In this document: one piece after another, positions 1 through 11,609 of the stretch
How the letters are laid out: the number at the start of each line of letters is the position of its first letter
Numbering within the stretch: the first letter of the stretch is position 1
NCBI GenBank assembly: GCA_964016885.1
Contig: OZ024745.1
Coordinates: 82,398,001-82,462,000 of the forward strand
DNA: 64,000 nt
Direction: 5' to 3'
DNA from: Eledone cirrhosa
Lineage: Eukaryota
The notes under the pieces: generated by a model
What the model was told of the DNA's origin: nothing
Databases searched by the model: none
Seen by the model: only the letters and a program-made list of their open reading frames with translations
Made by a program: the position numbers and the translations under genes

Positions 1-2836
1 TGTCCATAGGCCCCGGGCCGAAAGTCCTTCCGAAGAGATTGGCTAGTTGATTTTCTTCGACGCCTAGAGTTTCTCCAAGTACGCCGTCGCTCTTCCCCTC
101 CACTAATCCTCTATAGAACGCCAACGTGGAGTTTCCACCGATCACGTTGCCCGATTGGTCGAGGGCTGTGAGCGCCTGAAGACATTCCAGTCTCCAAGCG
201 CTCCCTCTCGGTCTTCGCTTGACCACACCTGATCACCGTCGAGGAAGAGGTGGAGATGTCGTAGCCTGAGCGCGTGTCTGCGCATATCAGCCACGGCATG
301 CCCAGCCCTCCAGGTAGCGGGTGTTGACATGCAGATGGACCGCCTGACCATCGGAGCGCGTCCCTTCCACAAAAGGCGAAAGAGCAAACGCTCCAGCGCA
401 GTCAGGCGGGGCTTAGGACAAGGTAGGACGGCCAGGCGGTAGTAGATGACAGACGCGATGTACGCGTTAACCACCTCCGCTAGACCTTTCAAGGATAGCT
501 TCCTCTCCGCCCATTTATGGGTGAGAGAAGCCACCCTGCTCGTCACCTCGTCCCAGTCTTTGTCCGTCTGGAGATCCGGACCGAACCAGACCCCTAGCAA
601 TTTATCCGGTCCTTCCGTCCAGCGCCCGACGACGCTGTTGGACGGCATGGACCTGCCTCTCCAGGTGCCGAGCTGCATGCCCACTGACTTTTCCTGGTTG
701 ATCATTGCTCCTGTCACCGCTTCGTATTCTCTTAGTGTAGTGCCGATCGCCTCGATGTGTTTGGCGTTCGACACCACTACAGTGACATCGTCGGCATATG
801 CTGACACGGATCTTCCGCATCCTAGTTCGCGCGGGACACCCCTCAACGTCTCCAGTTTGTGCAGTAATGGCTCGAGAGTCAATACGTACAGGAGGGACGA
901 GAGGGGACATCCTTGGCGGACCGAGCGCATGATGTTGAACGGTTCCGAAAGGTGACCGTTCACTCTCACCACAGAGCAGATGTCGCTGTGCATGGCAGCG
1001 ATTTAGCCTCTGAAGACGGGCCCAAAGCCAGCCGCCCTCATGACTGCCGCTGGGTAACGATGGTCGACCCTATCGAAAGCTTTCGACTGATCTAAATTGA
1101 TCCAGGACCCACCCGTGCCAGGTTCCCTAGCTACCCTCTCTACGATGTATCGCATGAGGTGGAGGTTGTCGTGGATGGATCTGTCGGGAATGGCGCATGT
1201 CTGCGCCTCTCCCACCAGACCACCAACGACAAGCGCCAACCTCTTTGCTAGCACCTTGGCCAAAATCTTGAACTCTGTGTTTAGCAGAGTTATGGGTCTC
1301 AAATAATCTATGTTATCCCCCTTGTTCGGATCCTTTCTCAGCAGCGCCACCGCTCCTCGGCTCACAGAGCTGCGAATTCTCTCGTTGTGTTGCCAGTTGC
1401 AGTAGACGTTCGCCAAGAGGCCTCCGAACAAGTCTGGCATTTGTACGTAAAATACATAGGGCAGACCATCGAAACCAGGCGATTTACTCCTTGTGCAGCC
1501 AGTCATTGCCTCCCGTACTTCAGCGGGTGTTATCGGCTTTTCGCAACACTCTGCCTCAGTGGACGAGAGCCGCGGCAGTCCGTCGAGGTAGATACTAAAG
1601 TCCATCACTCGATTCGGCCTGCCGCTGCCCCCGAACAGCTAGCCGAAGTGCCGCTGGAAAGCTTCACACATTTGCCCGGGATCGAGTAGCATGCGCCCGT
1701 CGTGGTCCACCAAAGACTGGATCGTGGCTTTGTTGCCACGATGCGCCTCCGCCACTCTGGCCCATTGAACGGCTTTCGTCCCCTCGTGTCTGAGAGCACG
1801 CACCCTAGCTCTGACAACGCAGCCTTCGTGCTTTGCATTGAAGAATTGGTCAAGGGCCAATTTCGCCGCAAGTACGTCGGTCGCAATGCCTTTGCTAAGC
1901 GCCTCGTCTAATTTTCTAACTAATTCTCCCTCTGCTCTATTTTTCTCTATTGCTGAAGCCTTACTAAATCTAATAGACTCTATTCAGAGCAAACCACCAC
2001 TTGTTGTTGACGATGGCCCCCGTCAACGCTCGCTTAACTAGTTCGCTAATCCGGTCTCTGTAGGCCTTGCGCGCTGGTAAGGACGCGTTTAGCTTCCAGT
2101 AGCCGGGTCCTCGTCTATGAAGCCTATCTAAGTCAAGCACACAGATCACGAATTTGCGGTCCGTGTAGCTGACTATCTTGAATTGTGGACAGCCTATACT
2201 AGACCTATCTATTTCCCTACAAAATACTCTATCTAGATATGATCTGGATGACCCGATGCGATTTGTCCAAGTCCACATTGGCACATTCGGGAAATCCAAT
2301 CGGTACCTGTCAGACAGCTCAAAACGCCTGAGCAGGTTGGTGAGACTCTTGCCCCCTCCTCCCCTATCCGCTAATCCCACACAGTCCCATCGTGCATCTA
2401 AGATCCCGTTCCAGTCGCCCACTAACACCAAAGAGCGGGAAGTTCCAAGAAAGGTCTCCAGACGCCGGAAGAAATCAGGCCGCCCTGCTCCTGTCAGGAC
2501 ATAGACAGCCACTAGCCCGAAAGCTTGCCCGTCTCCGCTGGTCACGTCCAGCACCACCAACTTACCTTCTGGGTCCAGGAAGATGGCCCGTATGGCAAGA
2601 TCCAAACCTCTTCGAAAAAGCACAGCAACTCCTCCCCCCGACCCAGCACGGCTGGGAGATGCGTACACATCGTAGCCGCCGAAGATCGGTGCAAAGGCCC
2701 GTGCTTCGGAGATTCTGGTCTCGCTGATGGCCACTACAACTATGTTTAGTGACCTGAGGTCGTTGAGCAGGTGGCCCTGCTTCCATGACGACCCCAAACC
2801 ACGCGCATTTATGCTGCCTATTCTGAGTGAGGTCAT
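1..2836 (-). pseudogene. Tx1-like ORF2 (APE endonuclease + reverse transcriptase), broken by stops, frameshifts and small deletions
   Basis: ORFs 1970-2836, 1639-1860, 1003-1608 and 142-993 are colinear with, and nearly identical to, 15001-11610. Confidence 0.92.
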
Positions 2837-2870
2837 GTTGAAATGGAGTGGAAAAGATGGGAAAGACCAC

Positions 2871-4390
2871 TTACCTTACTTCTCGTAGAGGAAAGACGGT
2901 TTCTCCATCCTTTTCACTTCTTGTGGCCTCCTCAGGAAGGATGTCCTTATAAATCCTCCTGGAGAGTGCTTGTCGGAAGTCTCCGATGTCTTTGGGGAAT
3001 TTTTGTTTTAGTGTCATGTACGTTTTCTGTGTGATGCGAGTGATTTGTATCTGTGGAGGTGGTGTGAACTTTTGGGTTGTTGTGTAGTATTTTTCTGTGA
3101 TGCTGGTGTTGTGTTGGATGTAGTGTAATAATTGGTTGTTGTTCAAATTTAATGCTGTGTAGTGTGTATCGTTTTGGTTGTTTTGTTTTGTCTGCGCTTG
3201 TTGTGGGTTTGTTTCTGTTTCGCTTTTTGGTGACTTTTGTGGTATAGGTGATGGTGGTTTTGGGGTTAATGATGGTGATAGTGTTGGTGTTAGGGGTGAT
3301 GCGGTTGGTGATGCTGGTGTGGACAGTGGCATATCTGTCCTAACTTTTTTGTTTGATAGTTTATTTGTCTCCCTCTGTATTTTTTTTTTCGACACACCTA
3401 GGCCTTCTGCCCTCGACAATTACGGTGAGGTGGCTGCCGTCAGTGAGGTCTATTACCTCTGGGATCTCCTCAATGCTTTTTTGGGCCGCTTGGATCAGGA
3501 GCTCCATCCCAGATCCGGACCAGTTTTCCTGCTTTTCTCTCGCTATTTCGATTATCTTTGTATTGGCTTCGATGCCGGCGAGGACGGCAGCTATTATCCA
3601 GGGAATTTCGATGGCCGGTGGAACGTGGGTGACCCTGATCTTTACGTGTTTCTGGCCACAATAGCTTGGGACGACTGTGAAGTCGTCACTTCTTAATGGG
3701 GCCATGGAGCGTTCTCTAGCCTCCTCTGGTGTTTCAAAGAACACGTCCACGGTTCTATACTTCTGCCCACGTCTGATGTGGGTTTTTCTGCCCACACATG
3801 TCCCAAAGCTTTTGGGATTTGGGACTCGGATTCTCGCCCCACTTGGCACGATTTTATGTTAATTGTCCGATAAGACACGGTGCATAGGCGACGATGCTCC
3901 ATTTTATTGGGTGGGGGATGGGGGGGGGGGGGGGGGGGGGGCTGACCCTGTACCTATCTTTCTTTACCATTCTTTTGGCTTCGCAATTTTTTGCTACTCT
4001 GGCAAAACTCAGGGTAGTTTTCTTAATTTCATTGTTGCAGTTGTTGTTATCGTTATTTTTGTTATTGTTAATTTTAGTTTCAGTTGTGGTGGTGGTGGCC
4101 TCAGTGGTGTTCGGTGTAGAAGACTTCATTTTCGTTGAATTCATTTCGATATCACGAGTTAATTAATTCTTTTCTTTTGTTTCTGTTGTCGCTGTGGTGG
4201 TAGAGGTGGGGGTGGCGGCTTTAACACCTGCAATCATTGGTAATGGCGGGAAATGAATGTCTGGCTGAGACAAATTAAAAGTATTGCTACTGCTTATACT
4301 TTTAGTGTTGGCAAACGTAATAATATATACAATGGTGGTGTCGGTGTGAGGTGCTGGATTGTGAGGAAGGTGTGACACTGAGTCTTCCAT
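2871..4390 (-). pseudogene. Tx1-like ORF1 type A, frameshifted; zinc knuckle removed by a deletion
   Basis: Homologous to copy B ORF1 (CTVSYRT, YRTVDVFF, YCGQK, VEGRRPRC) with T/P/N-rich low-complexity tracts; ends 35 nt before the ORF2 ATG. Confidence 0.8.
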
Positions 4391-4621
4391 GATTTTTCAA
4401 AGAAATTTGTTTTGTTTGATAATTATAAAAAGTTTAAATTTTGGGCTCAAGGCCCCAATATTTTTGAGTGTACTTTTCAGAAATCAATGTATGTGCACTT
4501 ATATACAGTTAACAATAACAACTTTCCATGAATGGCAATTTTAAACAACTGAAAATAACAAACTTTTGCGGAGCTCACGATGATACGATTTACTATGTAG
4601 GTCGCCAATAATAATAATAAT

Positions 4622-4946
<325 letters not shown>

Positions 4947-4995
4947 AATATAAATTCAAAATATTAACAAAAATAGACATTCGTGTGATCAAGTA

Positions 4996-5062
4996 TATTT
5001 TATTATACATATTTCAGAGGTACTGAGCTATCTTCGGCAGTACGTCCTCATCAGATAAAATA
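4996..5062 (-). ncRNA. Minimal type I hammerhead ribozyme (PLE type), intact core
   Basis: Minus strand reads TATTTTAT-CTGATGA-stem II (GTACTG/CAGTAC)-GAAA-TATGTA-TA-ATAAAATA, with a quasi-palindromic stem III. Confidence 0.8.
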
Positions 5063-7199
5063 AGATGATGCATGACATACCCTGACATAGTAGATGGTTA
5101 AGATTCAGTCATGGTATTGAATATGATATGACAAGTCTCAATATTTATATACCTTAAGATTGAGACATGAAAAAAACTTACATATAATACAGAGGGTGCG
5201 TGTGAGAGACCTTAAAAATACATAATAGCAATTTACATAACTGTTAGAAATGCAAATAGTTTAAATTATTGAAGAAAGAAGAAAGAAAGAAGAAAGACAG
5301 AGAGAAACAGACGAGGAAAAATTTAGTTACTAGAAGTATAGAAAGCAAAAGAGAATTGATCAAGGATAGAGAGACAAATGGGAATAATTTTTATAGTATA
5401 AATCATAGATAAATACATGAATATACATTTGGGCATAGCTTTGTGAAAGAGTAAACTCGAATCTTTGAATTATCTAGAAGTATCCATCTATCTAAATATT
5501 AAATATACCTGGTTGTAATTATATGAGGGTTTAATTTCGAGCCCTCAATTAATAAGAAATATACTAACAATTATTTATACACCATATATATCCAAACTTA
5601 TCCGGCTGACCGTTAAATTTCAAATTCCTTATGTTAGTTCAGAATAATGGATTAAACTAAAGATATAATATTACAGGCTATAAAAGTTTATAAATGTCTA
5701 TATTAATATTAAAGTATACTAACATATTTAATTTATAAAATCATATTTAAAATATTTTCAAACATGAGAAAGAAACTTAGTATTTTCATCCACACGAAGG
5801 TAAATCATATTAAATTATATTATCTTATATTATTTTCCCATACTAAAATAATTCTCACTATATAATTTAGAAAATAATTACAGTTATAACTTTAAAAATT
5901 TAAAATTAACAATTAGAATGCCCTAAAGCATCTAAAGGCCTTATAATTAAACTTTAAAAAGTTATTATTAAATTTGATATATGCATTTGTCCAAATATAT
6001 ACAAAGAGTATATTGTCTAAAGTTCAAGACGATATTAGTCAGTTATACATAAGACAACATAATATAATAGAATAAATAAGTTACTGTTAATATTGTTACA
6101 ATTAAGGTTTTAGATCAATTATTGTATCTTAGGATTATGTAATACATATATACTATAAAAATTTCATGAATCATAAGGAAACGAACCAGATTCAAAATAA
6201 ATAAGTAAATTGTTTGCGATCATATAAGTGCCAAATATTTAAGCTATATAATTTAAAATACAAGAAGATGTTTAAGGATCTATATAGTAGTATAGTATCA
6301 TATTTAAAGTGTCTGCAAACATGAGAAAGAGAAACACTTAAGACTTTTATCGACCTGAAGTTAACCCGAATTTAATTAAATTAAAAAATAATAATCGTTA
6401 TATAATTTAGAAAATATTTAACAATTAAAACACTAGAATGTCCTTAAGTATCTAGAGTACTTATAAATGTAGCTAGAAGCCTGTTATTAAACCAGATATT
6501 GACACTTGTCCAAACACATACAGAGTATTCTGTTCGGAACTCAAGACGATATTAGTGATCCATATACATATAATAAATAAATAATAAATAAATAAAAACA
6601 TTGTTAGTAAAGTTATAATTGAAGTTTAACATCAAGTTAAGTGGAAAATATTTGTCGACTAGGATCGTGTACAACGCATATACTATACATATATATAAAC
6701 AAATATGAATATATAAATAAAACATCTTGAATCTTAAAACTAACATACTCCGAAAGAATAAATACATAAATAGATAAAAGCATGAATTGTTTACGGTTCA
6801 TTACAACTGTCAACCATATACGCTATATATTTAAAAAAATACAAGAATCCAAAATAAATTAAATGTATCTACACAATCAAAAAATATGCATATCCATCAA
6901 GAGATCGTGTTAACAATCTATATGTTAATATATTTATATAGAACCCTTAATCTAACGATTATCATATCATAAATGAGTAAAAAAATTAATATAACATTTT
7001 ACGCACTCAGTTGATACGAGACGTCAAAGATTAGAACGTATTTATTTAGTGTTTTTTCCTGACTTTTTGCGAGGCTTGGAATGTAGAGGTAGCTTTATGA
7101 AGGCAATTTGAGAATAATTCACTTATTTTGTTAATTAAATTATCCTAATTAGTAATTATTAATAGGGTCTCCATGGTACAGAGATTGCAGTTAAGTGAT

Positions 7200-7530
7200 A
7201 TTGACGAATTCGAGTATATTCGACTATTACACAGCTTTGACCAAGAAATCCAGTATTTAAAATTTTTGTCTTATTATTCTCTAATTAATTTCAACAATGA
7301 GTATTGGATCCTTTCAGATAGGAATAGAAACTCTGACATTACCATGGGATCATCGGACTCAGCGCAGGTCACCTATCTTCTGGGAATTTTATCTTAAATA
7401 TGGAAAATAGAAAACTGCCGGAGATTACCGGTGGTTTATATAGGGACGATATTTTATTTACGGTTGTCAAACATAGCAATACAGAATTAAATAGGGTTAA
7501 GAAAACTATAATTGAATTCTTTAATAATTA
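7200..7530 (+). pseudogene. PLE (Naiad-like) reverse transcriptase fragment
   Basis: FNNEYW...DITMGSSDSAQVT then GGLYRDDILF; homologous to 59780-59945 and 55700-55880. Confidence 0.85.
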
Positions 7531-8780
7531 CTAATGAGGATAATTTAATTTAACAAAAAAAGTGAATTATTCTCAAATTGCCTTCATAAAGCTTCCTCTA
7601 CATTCCAAGCCTCGCAAAAAGTCAGGAAAAAAGTCAAGTATAAATACATTCTAATCTTTGACGTCTCGTATCAACAGAGTGCGTAAAATGTTATATTAAT
7701 TTTTTTACTCATTTATGATATGATAATTGTTAGATTAAGGGTTCTATATAAATATATTAACATATAGATTGTTAACACAATCTCTTGATGAATATGCATA
7801 TTTTTTGATTGTGTAGATACATTTAATCTGTTTGGGATTCTTGTATTTTTTTAAATATATAGCATATATTGTTGACAGTTGTAATGAACCGTAAACAATT
7901 CATGCTTTTATCTATTTATGTATTTATTCTTTCGGAGTATGTTAGTTTTAAGATTCAAGATGTTTTATTTATATATTCATATTTGTTTATATATATGTAT
8001 AGTATATGCGTTGTACACGATCCTAGTCGACAAACATTTTCCACTTAACTTGATGTTAAACTTCAATTATAACTTTACTAACAATGTCTTTTTTTTTAAA
8101 ATTATTTATTTATTATATGTATATGGATCACTAATATCGTCTTGAGTTCCGAACAGAATACTCTGTATGTGTTTGGACAAGTGTCAATATCTGGTTTAAT
8201 AACAGGCTTCTAGCTACATTTATAAGTATTCTAGATACTTAAGGACATTCTAGTGTTATAATTGTTAAATATTTTCTAAATTATATAACGATTATTATTT
8301 TTGAATTTAATTAAATTCGGGTTACCTTCAGCTCGATGAAAATTTTAAGTTTTCTCTTTCTCATGTTTGCAGACACTTTAAATATTATACTATACTACTA
8401 TATAGATCCTTAACAATTTTCTTGTATTTTAAATTATATAGCTTAAATATTTGGCACTTATATGATCGCAAACTATTTACTTATTTATTTTGAATCTGGT
8501 TCGTTTCCGTATGATTCATGACATTTTTATAGTATATATGTATTACATAATCCTAAGACACATTAATTGATCTAAAACCTTAATTGTGACAATATTAACA
8601 GTAACTTATTTATTTATTATATTATGTTGTCTTATGTATAACTGACTAATATCGTCTTGAACTTTAGACAATATACTCTTTGTATATATTTGGACAAATG
8701 CATATATCAAATTTAATAATAACTTTTTAAAGTTTAATTATAAGGCCTTTAGATGCTTTAGGCATTCTAATTGTTAATTT

Positions 8781-9040
8781 AAAAATTTTAAAGTTATAAC
8801 TAATTATTTTCTAAATTATATAGTGAGAATTATTTTAGTATGGGAAAATATATATTCTTTTCTATTTTAGGCACAAGGCCAGCAATTACCCAGTACATTA
8901 CTGGTACTTTATTTTATCAGTAATGTACTGGGTAATTGCTGGCCTTGTGCCTAAAATAGAAAAAAAAATTATTTTCCCATACTAAAATAATTCTCACTAT
9001 ATAATTTAGAAAGTAATTACAGTTATAACTTAAAAATTTT
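8781..9040. repeat. Nested ~120-bp-arm palindrome built from a SINE 3' end and flanking DNA
   Basis: 8781-8903 is the reverse complement of 8918-9040 with a 14-nt loop. TTTTAGTATGGGAAAATA is directly repeated at 8833-8850 and 9037-9054. Confidence 0.9.
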
Positions 9041-9822
9041 AGTATGGGAAAATAATATAAGATAATATAATTTAATATGATTTACCTTCGTGTGGATGAA
9101 AATACTAAGTTTCTTTCTCATGTTTGAAAATATTTTAAATATGATTTTATAAATTAAATATGTTAGTATACTTTAATATTAATATAGACATTTATAAACT
9201 TTTATAGCCTGTAATATTATACCTTTAGTTTAATCCATTATTCTGAACTAACATAAGGAATTTGAAATTTAACGGTCTGCCGGATAAGTTTGGATATATA
9301 TGGTGTATAAATAATTGTTAGTATATTTCTTATTAATTGAGGGCTCGAAATTAAACCCTCATATAATTACACCCAGATATATTTAATATTTAGATAGATG
9401 GATACTTCTAGATAATTCAAAGATTCGAGTTTACTCTTTCACAAAGCTATGCCCAAATGTATATTCATGTATTTATCTATGATTTATACTATAAAAATTA
9501 TTCCCATTTGTCTCTCTATCCTTGATCAATTCTCTTTTGCTTTCTATACTTCTAGTAACTATATTTTTCCTCATCTGTTTCTCTCTGTCTTTCTTCTTTC
9601 TTTCTTCTTTCTTCAATAATTTAAATTATTTGAATCTCTAACAGTTATGTAAATTGCTATTATGTATTTTTAAGCTCTCTCACACGCATCCTCTGTATTA
9701 TATGTAAGTTTTTTTCATGTCTCAATCTTAAGGTATATAAATATTGAGTCTTGTCATATCATATTCACTACCATGACTGAATCTTAACCATCTACTATGT
9801 CAGGGTATGTCATGCATCATCT

Positions 9823-9889
9823 TATTTTATCTGATAAGGACGTACTGTTGAAGATAGCTCAGTACCTCTGAAATATGTATAATAACATA
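9823..9889 (+). ncRNA. Hammerhead ribozyme copy with mutated core (CTGATAA, G8>A), probably inactive
   Basis: Mirror of 4996-5062 with a core substitution and a stem I mismatch. Confidence 0.65.
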
Positions 9890-10029
9890 TACTTGATCAC
9901 ACGAATGTCTATTTTTGTTAATATTTTGAATTAATATTAATAACTCCGGAAAACCAAATTGTTGAGTGCTTCCAATCTATTGTAAAACTCATTCTTTGAT
10001 TTATTCACTGAACCTTGTTTAACCTTTAA

Positions 10030-10225
10030 ATATATATATATCTGTGTGTGAGTGTGCGTGTTTGTGTGTGTGTGTGTGTATGTTGTATGTGTGTATATGT
10101 GTATGTGAGTGTGTGTGTGTATGTGTGTATGTTGTATGTGTATATATGTGTATGTGAGTGTGTGTATGTGTGTATGTTGTATGTGTGTATACATGTGTAT
10201 GTGAGTGTGTGTGTGTATGTGTCTA
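10030..10225. repeat. (TA)n/(TG)n compound microsatellite
   Basis: Direct reading. Confidence 0.97.
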
Positions 10226-10229
10226 TGTT

Positions 10230-10425
10230 TACGTTTGTCGGTCGATGTTTATGTCCCGTAACGTAACGGTTCGACAAAGTAAAAAACAACAGATCGATAC
10301 GGTTTAGTACCAGGCTTGAAAAACATAAGTACTGGGGTCGATAAGATCAACTAAATCAAGGTGGTGCCCCATCATGACCGTAGTCTAATGATTGAAACCA
10401 CTAACAGTATAAAAGAATAAAAGAT
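10230..10425 (+). mobile_element. 3' part of a second SINE-like family
   Basis: AAGTACTGGGGTCGAT motif shared with the main SINE, followed by a different tail (CAAGGTGGTGCCCC...GTCTAATGATTGAAAC...AAAAGAATAAAAGA). Confidence 0.55.
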
Positions 10426-11125
10426 ATATAGATTAACACAGATTTTTAAACGTGAGAGAAGACACGTAGATATTAACTTTCATAAAATTAACGCAAAAGT
10501 ACACTTGTAAGTTTTGGATTTAATACATAAATAATGTACCAAAACAAACTACCTATCTAATATACAAGTGTTTTTTAATATTTCCATGTTTATCATTATT
10601 TTTACAGTTAAACGACGACGTAATTTTGATAAAGAGAAATGTAAAAAAAAAACAAAAAAAGCAGATTAAAGTAAAGTATACTGATAACGAAAAATTTACC
10701 TTGTGACTTGTGTTTTTCACAACAAAAATGCATCGCATTGTACACTGCTCCTCGAATTTAAATATTCCAAATAGATTGAATATGAGTAACTTGTGGACAT
10801 ATACATTATTATTGCTGTTAATTTTTATTGGCGTTTATTTTTACAAAGCTATTATGTGTACGTTTATGCTACTTTGAATTGTTATTTTCTATCTACACTA
10901 TATGAAGTCTGTTTCAAATAACCTTGTAGTAGTAACCCGAAGCATGAAAAGTCTCTACAGAATTACAATTTATTATTATTATTATTAATCTTAATTTGCT
11001 CTCATCTTACTTTGCGTCCGCTTTGTTTTCAACCGGATTAACTGTAGCTAATAACTGAGAGGATTGAAGAGGATTTGACTACTTGTTCATCGAAAAGATT
11101 ACGGCAATAATAAGAACAATAATAA

Positions 11126-11318
11126 GTGTTTCTACTTTAGGCACAAGGACACGGGAAGGGGAAAGTCGATTAAATCGACCCCAGTGCTTACTGGTACTTT
11201 ATTTTATCGGCCCCATAAGGATGAAAGGAAAAGTTAACCTCGACTGGTAAAGGGACGCAACTCTATGTCACGAATAATATTGTCCAGCACTCCACAGATA
11301 CTGCCACTACACCGCCCT
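11126..11318 (-). mobile_element. tRNA-derived SINE, diverged copy
   Basis: Matches the 4622-4805 family. Confidence 0.8.
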
Positions 11319-11367
<49 letters not shown>

Positions 11368-11609
11368 TTTTCTTTATTAACCACAAGGGTTCACATAAAG
11401 TAGACATTAAGGACAGTACAGGACAATACAGGACGGTACAAATGGGCATTTCTGCGTGTAAAAAAACAGAGGTTGAAATAAAATAACAAAGAAAAATTCC
11501 CCAATAGGGGGGAGACTTCCAAGGGACATTTGTGGAGAAAGCCCATTAAAAGACCACAGTGGCCCTGACCACCAGGGCAAGTGCCCTCTCCCAGTTTTCC
11601 ACCTTTAAT

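Larger units (their letters stand above)
1..4606 (-). mobile_element. Tx1-like (L1 clade) non-LTR retrotransposon, copy A (type-A 5'UTR/ORF1), degenerate; 3' end lies outside the window
   Basis: ORF2 fragments carry APE motifs (SINARGL, ISET, GDWN, SYLDRV) and RT motifs (LRPITLLNTEFK, LDQSKAFDRV, VRQGCPLS, AYADDV). ORF1 fragments span 4390-2871. The 5' end abuts (AAT)n at 4607. Confidence 0.93.
4954..10030. mobile_element. Fold-back Penelope-like element derivative: inverted arms ~4954-7160 and ~7523-9932 around a ~360 bp RT-fragment spacer
   Basis: The arms are reverse complements; the same spurious ORF appears at 6552-6767(-) and 7918-8145(+). The spacer encodes PLE RT motifs. Hammerhead motifs lie near both outer ends, and (TA)n flanks both sides. 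Confidence 0.85.

Noticed and set aside
6552-8145. Twin ~70-aa ORFs on opposite strands (6552-6767, 7918-8145)
   Set aside because: By-product of the inverted repeat in AT-rich non-coding DNA.
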